Assembly: GCA_963743915.1 (NCBI GenBank)
Contig: CAVURN010000002.1
Location: 192,001-256,000, forward strand
Direction: 5' to 3'
Length of the DNA: 64,000 nt
DNA from: an uncultured Actinomycetota bacterium
GTDB lineage: Bacteria > Actinomycetota > Actinomycetes > JAHEKZ01
The notes beneath the pieces were generated by a model that saw nothing but the letters and a program-made list of their open reading frames with translations, searched no databases and had not been told where the DNA came from. Positions 40,698-52,320 of this stretch are shown one piece after another. Each line of letters opens with the position of its first letter. Position 1 is the stretch's first letter. A program made the translations under genes and the position numbers.

Positions 40698-40786
40698 CGA
40701 CCCCTCCTCGGTCCGGACCCGGCCAGCGTACGCTGACCCCTCGAGCCCGCGTGGCACCGCCGGGCGCCCGATATCCTGCGTCGGCC

Positions 40787-41461
40787 ATGTCCGTCACTGC
40801 GCCGTCCCCGCTCCCCGACGCCGTCCTGTTCGACATGGACGGGCTGCTGGTCGACACCGAGCCGCAGTGGTTCGAGGCCGAGCGCCGCACGGTGGAAGAG
40901 CTGGGCGGCACGTGGGGCAAGCAGCAGCAGGTCGACCTGCTCGGCAGCAACCTGGAGTTCGCCGCGCACTACATGATCGGCCACACCGGCAGCAGGTGGT
41001 CGGTCAGGGACGTCATGGACCTGCTGCTCGAGAACATGTCCGCCGAGCTGGCCCAAGGGGTGCGGTTCCGACCCGGCGCGCTCGACCTGCTCGTCGCCCT
41101 GCGCGACGCTTCGGTGCCGCTCGGCCTGGTGACCTCGTCGGTGCGCTCGCACGTGGACGTCGTCCTCGCCGCTCTGCCGGGTGACGCCTTCTGCGACCAC
41201 GTGACCGGTGACGACGTGCGCCACCTCAAGCCACACCCTGAGCCCTACCTGACCGCTCTGGCCCGGCTGGCGGTCGAGGCCGCCCGGTGCGTCGTCCTCG
41301 AGGACAGCCCCGCAGGGGTCGCCTCCGCCGAGGCGGCCGGCTGCCCGGTCGTCGCCGTGCCCAGCGTGGTGCCCATCGGACCGGCACCCGCGCGCACGGT
41401 GGTGACGTCACTGGTCGAGGTCGACCTCGCGCTGCTGTCCGGACTCGTCACTCCGTCGTGA
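40787..41461 (+). CDS. HAD family phosphatase
   Basis: FDMDGLLVDTE, VTSS, KPHPEPY, EDSPAG. Confidence 0.9.
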   Translation: MSVTAPSPLPDAVLFDMDGLLVDTEPQWFEAERRTVEELGGTWGKQQQVDLLGSNLEFAAHYMIGHTGSRWSVRDVMDLLLENMSAELAQGVRFRPGALDLLVALRDASVPLGLVTSSVRSHVDVVLAALPGDAFCDHVTGDDVRHLKPHPEPYLTALARLAVEAARCVVLEDSPAGVASAEAAGCPVVAVPSVVPIGPAPARTVVTSLVEVDLALLSGLVTPS

Positions 41462-43994
41462 CGGCGCGCAGGACATCCAGGCGCGCCGCACGTCGAGCCG
41501 GCCAGAGCGCGGCAAGCGCCCCGACCACCAGGGCGATGACGAGGTAGAGCGCCAGCGACACCCACGGGATGGTCAGCACGTTGATGCCGAGGTCGGCGAC
41601 GGTCCGCTGCAGGGCGGTCGCGAACCCCACGCCGAGCGCCACCCCCAGGACCGCTCCGAAGAGCGCGATCACCATCGACTCCAGGACGATCATGCCGCGC
41701 ACCTGTCGCCGGCTGGTGCCGACGGCGCGCAACATTCCGATCTCGCGGGTCCGCTCGAGCACCGACAGGTACAAGGTGTTGACGATGCCGAGGATCGCGA
41801 TGATCACCGCCAGACCCAACAGCGCCACGATCACGGCCAGCACCTGGTTGACGCTCGACTGGATCTGCTCCTTGAGCTCGGCCTGGCTCTGCACGGTGAC
41901 GCCGGGGTAAGCGGCCAGGACATCCTCGATCTGGGACCGCAGTGCGTCGAGGTCGGCACCGTCGTCAGCCTTCACGTACAGAAAGGTGTCGCCGATCCGG
42001 ACGCCGGTCGACTCCAGGCCGTCGTTGGTCAGCACATAGCCCGAGAAGAATCCGGCGGGCTCGTAGATGCCGACCACGTCGAAGGAGCCCTTGCCGGTCG
42101 CAAAGGTGAAGTCGACGGTGTCGCCGACCACGAGGTCAGCACCCTCGGCAGTCGTGCTGTCGACCAGGACGCCATCCTCCCCGAGATCAGCCAGGGACCC
42201 ATCGGAGAACGTGAGGTCGACGACCTGGTCGAGGTTGGTCTGGTCGACTGCGGTGACGAACGTCGCCGCTGGCTCGCCCTCACCCGTGTCGGCCAGCCCT
42301 TCGGCGAAAGTCGTCCGGGAGACCACGCTCACGCCGTCGATCGGCTCGATCTCATCGGCGACAGCGCGAGGGAACGGGCGTTGCGTGTCGGTGCCGACGA
42401 TGAACTCTGCGCCGATGACCCGGTCGATGGCGGCGTTGAGCGAGTCAGTGGTCGAGGCGGCGAACACCGTCATCGCGCTGACCAGCGCCAAGCCGATCAT
42501 CAGCGCCGACGCCGTGGCGGCCGATCGACGGGGCTGGCGAGCCGCGTTGTCGACGGCGAGCCGCCCGACGGTCCCGAAGGTGCGGGGGAGAGGCCAGCCG
42601 ATGCCGCGGGACACAGGGGCGGTGAGCACGGCGCTGAAGATGATGACGCCGATCATGGTGAGGAAGACCCCAAGGCCCACCAGTGAGGCGCCGTTCGCTC
42701 CGGTCGTGGCCGCGCCGGCAACGAGCACGGTGACACCGAGCGCCAGGACGACGCCTCCCACGATCGCGCGCACCCGCAGCGACCGCTGCGGAATGGTGGC
42801 GTCGTCGCGAAGGGCGGCCACCGGGGGGATGCGAGACGCGCGGAAGGCGGGGAAGAGCGCAGCGACGACGGTGAAGGCGATGCCCGGCAGGACACCGACG
42901 AGGAACGAGCTCGCCTCGATGGCGAGCGGCGTGGTGCCGAGATCGAGCCCGAAGGCGCCGAACAACGCCTTGAGCGCAGCCACCACCCCGAACCCGAGCA
43001 GGCACCCGAGGGCGGCACCGACCGAGCCCACCACGAGTGCCTCGGCGAGCACCGACCGGATCACCTGCCCACGTGTGGCACCGACGGCCCGCAGCAGGGC
43101 CAGCTCACGCGTGCGCTGCGAGGTGAGCATCGAGAAGGTGTTCCAGATCAGGAAGGCACCCACGAAGAGGGCGATGAAGCCGAAGGCCGCCAGGAAGATG
43201 TTCAGGAACGCGAGGTCCTCGGTGAAGGACTCCGCGGCGTCGTCTGCGACCTCTTCGCCTGTGCGTACGGTCACGCCGGGACCAGTGACCTCACTGACCG
43301 CGGACGCGAGCTCGGCCTGGGAGACGTTCTCGTCGGCCACGACATCGATCTCGGTGAACGCGTCCTCGCCGTCGAGCAGGAGCTGCTGCGAGGTGGGGGT
43401 GTCGAAGGCGGCGATGGTCGCGCCCGCCAGGTTTCCGCTGGTGCCGAAGCGGAAGACACCGACCAGATCGGCCTCGACCTCACCGGTCGGGGTGACCAGC
43501 TGGACGGTGTCCCCGACGGACAGCTCGCCCGCCTCGGCCGAGACGGAGTCGATCGCCACCTGCCCGGCGGCGGTCGGCCCTTCGCCGTCGATCAACCGGT
43601 ACGGGGTCACGTCCTCGTCGTCGCTCCAGTTGCTGCCGAACTGGGGTGCGCCCGACTGGCCCACCGGTTCACCGTCGGACCCGACGATGGCGACGCCGTC
43701 GGCGAAGACCGCGCCCTCGGCCTTGGCGACTCCGGGCACCTCCAGCACGGTGTCGAGCAGGTCGGCGGGGAGGGTGAGCAGCTCACCCGCCTGTCCAGAT
43801 CCCTCGAAGTCGGACTCCGGCGTGACGACGACATCGGTCGTGGTCTGGGAGAACAGGTCGGTGAAGGTCCTGTTCAGCGTGTCGCTGAAGATGAAGGTGC
43901 CCACGATGAAGCCGACGCTCAGAGCGATGGCCAGCACGGACAGGACGAGCCGGAGCTTGTGGGCGACGAGGCTCCGCCAGGCGGCACGGAACAT
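41448..43994 (-). CDS. ABC transporter permease (FtsX/MacB-like, duplicated)
   Basis: NTF...QRTRELALLRAVGA and ERTREIGMLRAVG; large extracytoplasmic domains. Confidence 0.9.
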   Translation of the reverse strand: MFRAAWRSLVAHKLRLVLSVLAIALSVGFIVGTFIFSDTLNRTFTDLFSQTTTDVVVTPESDFEGSGQAGELLTLPADLLDTVLEVPGVAKAEGAVFADGVAIVGSDGEPVGQSGAPQFGSNWSDDEDVTPYRLIDGEGPTAAGQVAIDSVSAEAGELSVGDTVQLVTPTGEVEADLVGVFRFGTSGNLAGATIAAFDTPTSQQLLLDGEDAFTEIDVVADENVSQAELASAVSEVTGPGVTVRTGEEVADDAAESFTEDLAFLNIFLAAFGFIALFVGAFLIWNTFSMLTSQRTRELALLRAVGATRGQVIRSVLAEALVVGSVGAALGCLLGFGVVAALKALFGAFGLDLGTTPLAIEASSFLVGVLPGIAFTVVAALFPAFRASRIPPVAALRDDATIPQRSLRVRAIVGGVVLALGVTVLVAGAATTGANGASLVGLGVFLTMIGVIIFSAVLTAPVSRGIGWPLPRTFGTVGRLAVDNAARQPRRSAATASALMIGLALVSAMTVFAASTTDSLNAAIDRVIGAEFIVGTDTQRPFPRAVADEIEPIDGVSVVSRTTFAEGLADTGEGEPAATFVTAVDQTNLDQVVDLTFSDGSLADLGEDGVLVDSTTAEGADLVVGDTVDFTFATGKGSFDVVGIYEPAGFFSGYVLTNDGLESTGVRIGDTFLYVKADDGADLDALRSQIEDVLAAYPGVTVQSQAELKEQIQSSVNQVLAVIVALLGLAVIIAILGIVNTLYLSVLERTREIGMLRAVGTSRRQVRGMIVLESMVIALFGAVLGVALGVGFATALQRTVADLGINVLTIPWVSLALYLVIALVVGALAALWPARRAARLDVLRAVTTE

Positions 43995-43997
43995 CGA

Positions 43998-44756
43998 CTA
44001 GGACCTCCGGCCCTTCGCGTCGAATCCCTTCATGCGCTCGAGCACCCGGTCCGCACTCGGGTCCTCCATGTCGTCGACGATCATGCCGTCGGCGAGGAAG
44101 ATCACGCGGTGCGCGTAGGACGCCGCGGTGGCGTCATGGGTGACCATGACGACGGTCTGGCCGTGGGTGTCCGCGCTGTCGCGGAGGAACGACAGCACCT
44201 CGGCGCCCGCCCGGGAGTCGAGGTTGCCGGTCGGCTCGTCGGCGAAGATGATCTCGGGACGGGTGACGAGCGCCCTGGCGGCAGCGACGCGCTGCTGCTG
44301 GCCGCCGGAGAGCTGGCTCGGCTTGTTGCGCAGGCGGTCGCGCAGACCCACCATGTCGATGATGCGGTCCAACCACTCCGGGTCAGGTTTGCGGCCGGCG
44401 ATGTCCAGCGGCAACGTGATGTTCTCGAGTGCCGTCAACGTGGGCACCAGGTTGTAGGCCTGGAAGATGAACCCGACCCGGTCGCGCCGCAAGCGGGTGA
44501 GGGCGGCGTCACCGAGGGTGGTGAGGTTGGTCTCACCGATGTGCACCGTGCCGGTCGTCGCAGCGTCCAGCCCCGCACACACGTGCATGAGCGTCGACTT
44601 GCCGGAACCGCTCGGGCCCATGATCGCGGTGAACCGGCCGGTGGCGAACGCGACCGAGACGCCGTCGAGGGCGCGCACCTCGGCCTCGCCCTCGCCGTAG
44701 ATCTTGCTCAGGTTCTCGGCGCGTGCGGCGGCGCCGGCAGTGGTGGTGACGGTCAT
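43998..44756 (-). CDS. ABC transporter ATP-binding protein (LolD/MacB-like)
   Basis: GPSGSGKS, LSGGQQQR, ADEPTGNLD. Confidence 0.93.
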   Translation of the reverse strand: MTVTTTAGAAARAENLSKIYGEGEAEVRALDGVSVAFATGRFTAIMGPSGSGKSTLMHVCAGLDAATTGTVHIGETNLTTLGDAALTRLRRDRVGFIFQAYNLVPTLTALENITLPLDIAGRKPDPEWLDRIIDMVGLRDRLRNKPSQLSGGQQQRVAAARALVTRPEIIFADEPTGNLDSRAGAEVLSFLRDSADTHGQTVVMVTHDATAASYAHRVIFLADGMIVDDMEDPSADRVLERMKGFDAKGRRS

Positions 44757-44783
44757 GCGGGGAGCCTCCTTGACGAGTCGTGA

Positions 44784-45749
44784 TCACCCTAGGGGGAGGG
44801 CACGTCCGCAAGCCCTCAGGTATCGCCCTGACCCCACCCTGGGCCGCCCCTGGGCAGCGTCAGGGACGCAGGCCCCGGAGCCGACGGCGGCAGGGGGCAG
44901 GTCCGGCGGGAGCGGAGGTGGGGTGCCGCCGAACTCCGGGCACAGTGCCTGATGGGCGCACCAGTCACAGAGCCGGCTGCGGCGGGGGCGCCAGTCCCCG
45001 GAGTCGGTGGACCGCTGGATGGCCGCAGCCAGCGCGAGCAGCTTGCGCTCCATGGCCAGCAGGTCGTCGACGTCGGGCTCGTAGCGCACGAACTGACCGT
45101 CTCCGAGGTACATCAGCTGCAGGAGGCGTGGCACCTGCCCCTGCATCCGCCACAGAGCCAGCGCGTAGAAGCGCATCTGGAAGAGCGCCTTCTGCTCGAA
45201 GTCGACCCGCGGTGCACGTCCGGTCTTGTAGTCGACCACGCGCACCGCGCCGTCCGGTGCGACGTCGAGCCGGTCGACGTAGCCGCGCAGCACCAGACCG
45301 CTCTCGAGCTCGACCGTCAGCCCCATCTCGCGCTCGGCGGGCTGGAGCCGCTGCGGGTCCTCCATCGAGAAGTAGGTGGCCAGGAGTGCTTCGGTGCCCT
45401 CCAGCCACGCCGCAGCGAGTGACCCGTCCTGGTCGTCGGCGAAGACCTCGGCGAGTGACTCGTCGGCGTGCAGCAGCTCACGCCACACGGTCGGGACGAG
45501 CGCCGTCGCCGCCTCCAGCGACCGGTCGCGCGCAGGCAGGTCGAAGAGCTGCTCGAGAACCGCGTGGACCACCGTGCCCCGGGTGGCTGCCTGGCTCGGC
45601 GGCTCCGGGAGACGGTCGATCACCCGGAAGCGGTACAGGAGCGGACAGGTGAGGAAGTCGCCGGCGCGGGAGGGGCTCAGCGTCACACGGGCAGGGTCGG
45701 TCGGTTCCGCCGGCGGAGCGGGGAGCCCGAGGGACTGTGGAACTGCCAT
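44784..45749 (-). CDS. RecB-family / Cas4-like PD-(D/E)XK exonuclease (Rv2119-like)
   Basis: LSPS..CP, GYVDRLD, VVDYKTG, QMRFY, CDWC....LCP (Fe-S staple cysteines). Confidence 0.9.
   Translation of the reverse strand: MAVPQSLGLPAPPAEPTDPARVTLSPSRAGDFLTCPLLYRFRVIDRLPEPPSQAATRGTVVHAVLEQLFDLPARDRSLEAATALVPTVWRELLHADESLAEVFADDQDGSLAAAWLEGTEALLATYFSMEDPQRLQPAEREMGLTVELESGLVLRGYVDRLDVAPDGAVRVVDYKTGRAPRVDFEQKALFQMRFYALALWRMQGQVPRLLQLMYLGDGQFVRYEPDVDDLLAMERKLLALAAAIQRSTDSGDWRPRRSRLCDWCAHQALCPEFGGTPPPLPPDLPPAAVGSGACVPDAAQGRPRVGSGRYLRACGRALPLG
44786..44865 (-). promoter_or_regulatory. ABC operon promoter with phased CCCTG repeats
   Basis: TAGGGT -10 on minus at 44786-44791; CCCTG at 44826, 44837, 44848 (11-bp period). 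Confidence 0.45.
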
Positions 45750-45755
45750 GGGTGC

Positions 45756-45777
45756 AGCGTAGGACGCAGGTCCGACA
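45756..45777 (-). promoter_or_regulatory. PafBC-dependent (RecA-NDp) promoter TGTCGG-N10-TACGCT
   Basis: Exact consensus spacing; -10 lies 6 nt before ATG 45749 (leaderless). Confidence 0.8.
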
Positions 45778-45808
45778 GACCCGCCGAAGCGCGCCCCCTA
45801 GGGTTCGG

Positions 45809-46920
45809 ATGGTGAGCACCTCCGCCCCGCCGGGGCTGTCCCTCGGACAGCCGTTCGGCGTGCCGCTGAGGCTCTCCTCCTCGTGGTTCCTCGGTGCCGC
45901 GATCATCGCGTGGATCATGGAGCCGCTCGTCCAGCGGTGGCTGCTGCTGGAGCCCCCGTGGTCGTGGGTGGTCGGGATCACCTTCGCCGTGCTGCTGGGA
46001 CTCTCCGTGCTCGCCCACGAGATGGCCCACGCCGTCGCCGCCCAGCGGTTCGGACTGCAGGTCCGGTCCATGACGATCCACCTCATCGGCGGGGTCACCG
46101 CCATGGAGGCTGAGACGCGGCGTCCGTGGGTCGACTTCGTGATCGCGGTCGTGGGTCCGCTCACCTCGCTGGTCGTGGGCGGGGTGGCCTGGGCGGCCTA
46201 CCTCGCGTCTCCCGAGGGAACCGTCTTCGCCTTCATCACGTGGCAGCTCATGGTCGCCAACCTCGTGGTCGGGGTCCTCAACCTCGTCCCCGCCCTCCCG
46301 CTCGACGGCGGTCGACTGCTCCGCGACGTGGTGTGGGCGCTGTCAGGTCGTGAGCACGTCGGCACCCTGGTCGCGGGGTGGACCGGCCGCGGCTTCGCCG
46401 CTCTCCTGGCCTTCCTGGCGGTCCTCCCGACCCTGCTGGGCAGCACCGACGTCATCTGGCTCGCCTGGGGGCTGCTGCTCGCCGTCTTCATCTGGGTGGA
46501 GGCGAGCCGGTCCCTGCAGGCGGTGGCGATCACGCGCAGCCTCGAGGCGCTGACCGTCGAGCGGCTGGTGCGTCCGGCTCTGCTCGTGCCCGAGCAGACA
46601 CCCGTCGACGTGGCACTGCAGCAGCTCGCCCTCAGCGGCCGCGGGGAGCTCGTGGTGACCGACCAGCAGGGCAGCGCCGTCGGCATCGTGCAGCGTGACG
46701 CCGTCGCAGCCGTGCCCGCCGATCGCCGTGGGCAGATGCCGGTGTCGGGTGCCGCCCGGTCGGCCTCCGAGCGCTCTGCGCTGCCGGCATCCCTGACGGG
46801 TCGTGAGCTCATCGCCCGCCTCAACGCCAGCCCGCAGGACGTGCATCTCGTCGTCGACGCGCACGGAACCGTCTACGGTGTGCTGGTCACTGCCGACGTC
46901 GAGGCCTACTTGAGGAGCAC

Positions 46921-46924
<4 letters not shown>
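45809..46924 (+). CDS. Site-2 protease (M50) with CBS domains
   Basis: HEMAH, NLVPALPLDGG, C-terminal CBS pair. Confidence 0.9.
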
Positions 46925-47794
<870 letters not shown>

Positions 47795-47885
47795 CCATTC
47801 CGACACGCCGGGGTCGGTCCAGATGTGCGCCTCTCGTGCCGAGGGTTAGGGTCGAAAGACGTCTCGCACAACTCGGAGGTGTGCC

Positions 47886-49550
47886 ATGACGCACGAGGGT
47901 TCTGAGCAGGCTGGTACGGCGGCGCTCGGCGCCGGTGACGCCGCCGAGCTCCGTCGCGAGGTGGCCGCGCTCCAGGAGCGCAACATCCGCCTCACAGCCA
48001 CGCTGCACGAGGCGCGCGCACAGATCGTCAGCATGAAGGAGGAGATCGACCGGCTGGCCCAGCCACCCTCGGGCTACGGCGTCTTCCTCGAGGCACACGA
48101 CGACGGCACCGTCGACATCTTCACCACCGGCCGCAAGCTCCGCGTGGCGGTCAGCCCCGAGGTCGGGGCCGAGGATCTCCAGCACGGCCGCGAGGTCATG
48201 CTCAACGAGGCGATGAACGTCGTGCGGGTCATGGGCTTCGAGCAGGTGGGCGAGGTCGTGATGTTCAAGGAGCTGCTCGCGGACGGGCAGCGGGCCCTGG
48301 TGATCGGGCACACCGACGACGAGCGGATCGTGCGGCTCGCAGAGACGCTGCGCGATGTCCAGATCCGCGCCGGCGACTCATTGATGCTCGAGCCACGGTC
48401 CGGCTACGTGTTCGAGAAGATCCCGAAGTCCGAGGTCGAGGAGCTCGTCCTCGAGGAGGTCCCCGACATCGACTACGCCAGCATCGGTGGTCTCGCTGGT
48501 CAGATCGAGCTGATCCGGGACGCCGTCGAGCTGCCCTACATGCACCCGGACCTGTTCAAGGAGCACGACCTGCGGCCGCCGAAGGGCATCCTGCTCTACG
48601 GCCCGCCCGGATGCGGCAAGACTCTGATCGCCAAGGCGGTCGCGAACTCCCTGGCCAAGAAGGTCGCTGAGGTCACCGGTCGTCCCGAGGGCAAGTCCTT
48701 CTTCCTCAACATCAAGGGCCCGGAGCTGCTGAACAAGTACGTGGGCGAGACCGAGCGACACATCCGTCTGGTCTTCCAGAGGGCTCGCGAGAAGGCCAGC
48801 GAGGGCGTCCCGGTCATCGTCTTCTTCGACGAGATGGACTCTCTCTTCCGCACCCGCGGCTCCGGCGTCAGCTCCGACGTGGAGAACACGATCGTCCCGC
48901 AGCTGCTCAGCGAGATCGACGGCGTCGAGGGTCTCGAGAACGTCATCGTCATCGGAGCATCGAACCGCGAGGACATGATCGACCCCGCCATCCTTCGGCC
49001 CGGCCGGCTCGACGTGAAGATCAAGATCGAGCGTCCGGACGCCGAGGCAGCACGCGACATCTTCAGCAAGTACCTGCACACCGGCCTGCCGCTGCATGCC
49101 GACGACCTCGCTGAGCACGGTGGTGACCGCGCGGCGACCGCGGCAGCGATGATCCAGCGGGCGGTCGAGCGGATGTACACCGAGACCGAGGAGAACCGCT
49201 TCCTCGAGGTGACCTACGCCAACGGCGACAAGGAGGTCCTGTACTTCAAGGACTTCAACTCCGGAGCGATGATCGAGAACATCGTCGCGCGTGCCAAGAA
49301 GTACGCGATCAAGGACTTCCTCGAGCTCGATGCGAAGGGCATCCGCGTGCAGCACCTGTTGACGGCGTGCGTCGAGGAGTTCAAGGAGAACGAGGACCTG
49401 CCCAACACCACCAACCCCGACGACTGGGCCCGGATCAGCGGCAAGAAGGGCGAGCGGATCGTGTTCATCCGCACGCTCATCCAGGGCAAGCAGGGCACGG
49501 AGGCAGGCCGCTCGATCGAGTCGGTGGCCAACACCGGCCAGTACCTCTGA
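47886..49550 (+). CDS. arc: Proteasome ATPase ARC/Mpa
   Basis: Coiled coil + [17 protein letters not shown]-terminal GQYL. Confidence 0.97.
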   Translation: MTHEGSEQAGTAALGAGDAAELRREVAALQERNIRLTATLHEARAQIVSMKEEIDRLAQPPSGYGVFLEAHDDGTVDIFTTGRKLRVAVSPEVGAEDLQHGREVMLNEAMNVVRVMGFEQVGEVVMFKELLADGQRALVIGHTDDERIVRLAETLRDVQIRAGDSLMLEPRSGYVFEKIPKSEVEELVLEEVPDIDYASIGGLAGQIELIRDAVELPYMHPDLFKEHDLRPPKGILLYGPPGCGKTLIAKAVANSLAKKVAEVTGRPEGKSFFLNIKGPELLNKYVGETERHIRLVFQRAREKASEGVPVIVFFDEMDSLFRTRGSGVSSDVENTIVPQLLSEIDGVEGLENVIVIGASNREDMIDPAILRPGRLDVKIKIERPDAEAARDIFSKYLHTGLPLHADDLAEHGGDRAATAAAMIQRAVERMYTETEENRFLEVTYANGDKEVLYFKDFNSGAMIENIVARAKKYAIKDFLELDAKGIRVQHLLTACVEEFKENEDLPNTTNPDDWARISGKKGERIVFIRTLIQGKQGTEAGRSIESVANTGQYL

Positions 49551-49552
49551 GC

Positions 49553-50398
49553 TCAGACGGGGAAGACCCGGATCTCGGGCTTGCGGTCCTGCCGGACGTC
49601 CTCGAGGGCGCCGGCGACGACCGCACCTGTCACGAGCGCGAGCGAGAGCGCGTACAGCCAGGTGAAGATCCCGAAGGTGATGCCGATCGCCCCGAACCGG
49701 GACGCGTTGTCGATGATGATGGTCGGCAGCCACACCACGCTCCAGAGGGCCACGAGCATCAGACCGACCGAGGAGATCGCCCCGGCCGGAAGCGCGTGTC
49801 GCCACGTCAGCCGTCGCGCCAGCAGGAAGCGTGGAGTCCACCACATGAACAGGAACAGCGCGCCGTAGGTCGCGACCACCACGAGCACCGTCATCGTCGT
49901 TCCTTGGTCGTAGGCAAAGCTCCGCAGGGCGCCGCTCAGCACGAGGAAGGCGCCGAGGAGGCAGACCCACGAGACGCTTCTCCACTCCTGGCGCGCGGAG
50001 CCGCTCGGAAGGTCGTAGGCGCGTTCGTAGAGGTGGCGGACGCGCTTTCCGAACAGGTAGAGGGAGACCAGCAGGAAGAGCAACGACAGCGCGCCGACAC
50101 CGCTCGACTGCTCACCCAGCAGATCGTCGTCGAAGAGGACGCGGACCAGCTCGACCGACGCGCCGCTCAACCCGAGACGTCGAATCACCTCCTCTGCCAA
50201 CGTCGCGTCATCAGCGATCAACGACGTCAGGGCGATGACGAGCGGGATGAAGGCCACGAGCATCTGCGCAGCGATGGCCAGGGACCGGTCGAAGAACTCG
50301 AGGACCACGAACCGGCGGGCCAGGGCCAGTGCCATCCGCGCGTCCCAGCGACCGGCCTCCGCACGCTCCTGGACCCAGGCCACGCGTCCACCCATCAT
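49553..50398 (-). CDS. YihY/BrkB-like membrane protein
   Basis: About 7 TM helices; AAQ..VAFIPL, LPAGA, FGAIG. Confidence 0.6.
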   Translation of the reverse strand: MMGGRVAWVQERAEAGRWDARMALALARRFVVLEFFDRSLAIAAQMLVAFIPLVIALTSLIADDATLAEEVIRRLGLSGASVELVRVLFDDDLLGEQSSGVGALSLLFLLVSLYLFGKRVRHLYERAYDLPSGSARQEWRSVSWVCLLGAFLVLSGALRSFAYDQGTTMTVLVVVATYGALFLFMWWTPRFLLARRLTWRHALPAGAISSVGLMLVALWSVVWLPTIIIDNASRFGAIGITFGIFTWLYALSLALVTGAVVAGALEDVRQDRKPEIRVFPV

Positions 50399-50490
50399 GG
50401 CGCGGATCCTAGGAGCCGGTGAGGCAAGCGCTTGACGCGGCGCGCGGTGTAGCGGAGCTCATCACGCGCGCCACGGCCTAGGCTGACAGG

Positions 50491-52002
50491 GTGAGCACCC
50501 GGCGGGTGATGGGAATCGAGACCGAGTACGGCGTCGCCGTGCCCGGCGACCCGCATGCGAACCCGGTCCTGATCTCGTCGCAGATCGTCAACGGCTACGC
50601 GACGGGGGAGCCAGGACTCAGCCACGCCCGCTGGGACTACGAGGAGGAGAGTCCGCTCCGGGACGCACGCGGCTTCACCCTCGCGCGCGAGGCTGCCGAC
50701 GCCAGCCAGCTCACCGACGACGACCTCGGTATGGCCAACGTGATCCTCACCAACGGTGCCCGCCTGTACGTCGACCACGCCCACCCCGAGTACTCGAGCC
50801 CAGAAGTGACGAGTGCCCGTGATGCTGTCCTCTGGGACAAGGCAGGTGAGCAGGTCATGGCCCACGCGTCCCGTCGTGCGGCCCTGATCCCGGGCTCGTC
50901 GGCGATCAACCTCTACAAGAACAACACCGACAACAAAGGTGCCTCCTACGGGACGCACGAGAACTACCTGATGCGGCGCGACACACCGTTCCCCGAGATC
51001 GTCACGCACCTGACTCCGTTCTTCGTGACCCGCCAGGTGATCTGCGGACAAGGGCGCGTCGGGATCGGCCAGCAGGGTTCCGAACCCGGCTACCAGCTGA
51101 GCCAGCGCGCGGACTTCTTCGAGGTCGAGGTCGGTCTCGAGACGACGCTCAAGCGGCCGATCATCAACACACGCGACGAACCGCATGCCGACGCTGACAA
51201 GTATCGTCGCCTGCACGTCATCATCGGCGACGCCAACCTGGCAGAGGTCGCAAGCCTGCTCAAGGTCGGGACCACCGCGCTGGTGCTGGCCATGATCGAG
51301 GACCGGTTCCTCGACGGCTCGCTGCGGATCGCCAAACCGGTCCACGAGCTGCACGAGGTCTCGCACGATCCCGATCTCCGGCACCGCGTCCAGCTGAGTG
51401 ACGGACGTGTGATGACCGCCCTCGAGGTCCAGCGCGAGTACTGCGACCAGGCCCACAAGTTCGTCGAGGACCGGTTCGGCGCCGACGTCGACGGCGAGAC
51501 GGCCGACGTGCTGCGCAGGTGGGACCAGGTGCTCGACGCGCTGGCGCGCGACCCGCAGGAGCTGGTCGGCCAGCTGGACTGGGTCGCCAAGCGGCAGATC
51601 CTCGAGGGCTATCGGTCACGCGACGGCCTCGAGTGGTCCGATGCGCGCCTCCAGCTCGTCGACCTGCAGTACTCCGACGTGCGGCCGGACAAAGGGCTGT
51701 ACCACCGGCTCGCGGCCAGGGGCCGCTTCGAGCGCATCCTCACCGACGAGGAGATCCTGGACGCGGTGCACCAGGCCCCGGTCGACACGCGTGCCTGGTT
51801 CCGTGGGGAGTGCGTCCGACGCTACGGGGACCGCGTGGCGGCGGCGTCCTGGGACTCGGTGATCTTCGACATCCCGGGCCGGGTCTCCCTGCAGCGGGTG
51901 CCGATGCTCGAGCCGCTGCGAGGCACGCAGGCGCACGTCGGCGAGCTGCTCGACCGCTGCGAGACGGCCGCCGACCTGGTGGACATGTTGACCACTTCGT
52001 GA
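50491..52002 (+). CDS. dop: Depupylase/deamidase Dop
   Basis: [44 protein letters not shown]. Confidence 0.96.
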   Translation: MSTRRVMGIETEYGVAVPGDPHANPVLISSQIVNGYATGEPGLSHARWDYEEESPLRDARGFTLAREAADASQLTDDDLGMANVILTNGARLYVDHAHPEYSSPEVTSARDAVLWDKAGEQVMAHASRRAALIPGSSAINLYKNNTDNKGASYGTHENYLMRRDTPFPEIVTHLTPFFVTRQVICGQGRVGIGQQGSEPGYQLSQRADFFEVEVGLETTLKRPIINTRDEPHADADKYRRLHVIIGDANLAEVASLLKVGTTALVLAMIEDRFLDGSLRIAKPVHELHEVSHDPDLRHRVQLSDGRVMTALEVQREYCDQAHKFVEDRFGADVDGETADVLRRWDQVLDALARDPQELVGQLDWVAKRQILEGYRSRDGLEWSDARLQLVDLQYSDVRPDKGLYHRLAARGRFERILTDEEILDAVHQAPVDTRAWFRGECVRRYGDRVAAASWDSVIFDIPGRVSLQRVPMLEPLRGTQAHVGELLDRCETAADLVDMLTTS

Positions 52003-52109
52003 CCCCTCACGGACGCGGTCAGGACGACTGACCGGCGCCACAGTGTTCAGGCCGCGCCTCGGGGGGTCGATCCGACTAGTGTCGGACGAGACGCAGGGAG
52101 GTGGCAGCG

Positions 52110-52316
52110 ATGAGCACACAGGAGAGCGGCGGCCAGAAGCACGCCGAGACCCGTACCGACGAGGTCGACGACGCCCCGGTCGAGACGACCGACGTCACCG
52201 AGCGGCACGAGGCGCTGAGCGAGGACGTCGACGCCATCCTCGACGAGATCGACGAGGTGCTGGAGGAGAACGCCGAGGAGTTCGTGCGAGCCTTCGTGCA
52301 GAAGGGCGGGGAGTGA
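52110..52316 (+). CDS. pup: Prokaryotic ubiquitin-like protein Pup
   Basis: [28 protein letters not shown]. Confidence 0.97.
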   Translation: MSTQESGGQKHAETRTDEVDDAPVETTDVTERHEALSEDVDAILDEIDEVLEENAEEFVRAFVQKGGE

Positions 52317-52320
52317 CCAC

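Noticed and set aside
42067-44001. Long antisense or alternative-frame ORFs (e.g. 644 aa here, 571 aa at 17664-19379, 535 aa at 48378-49985)
   Set aside because: Shadow ORFs expected in high-GC DNA opposite well-supported genes; composition is low-complexity with no motifs.
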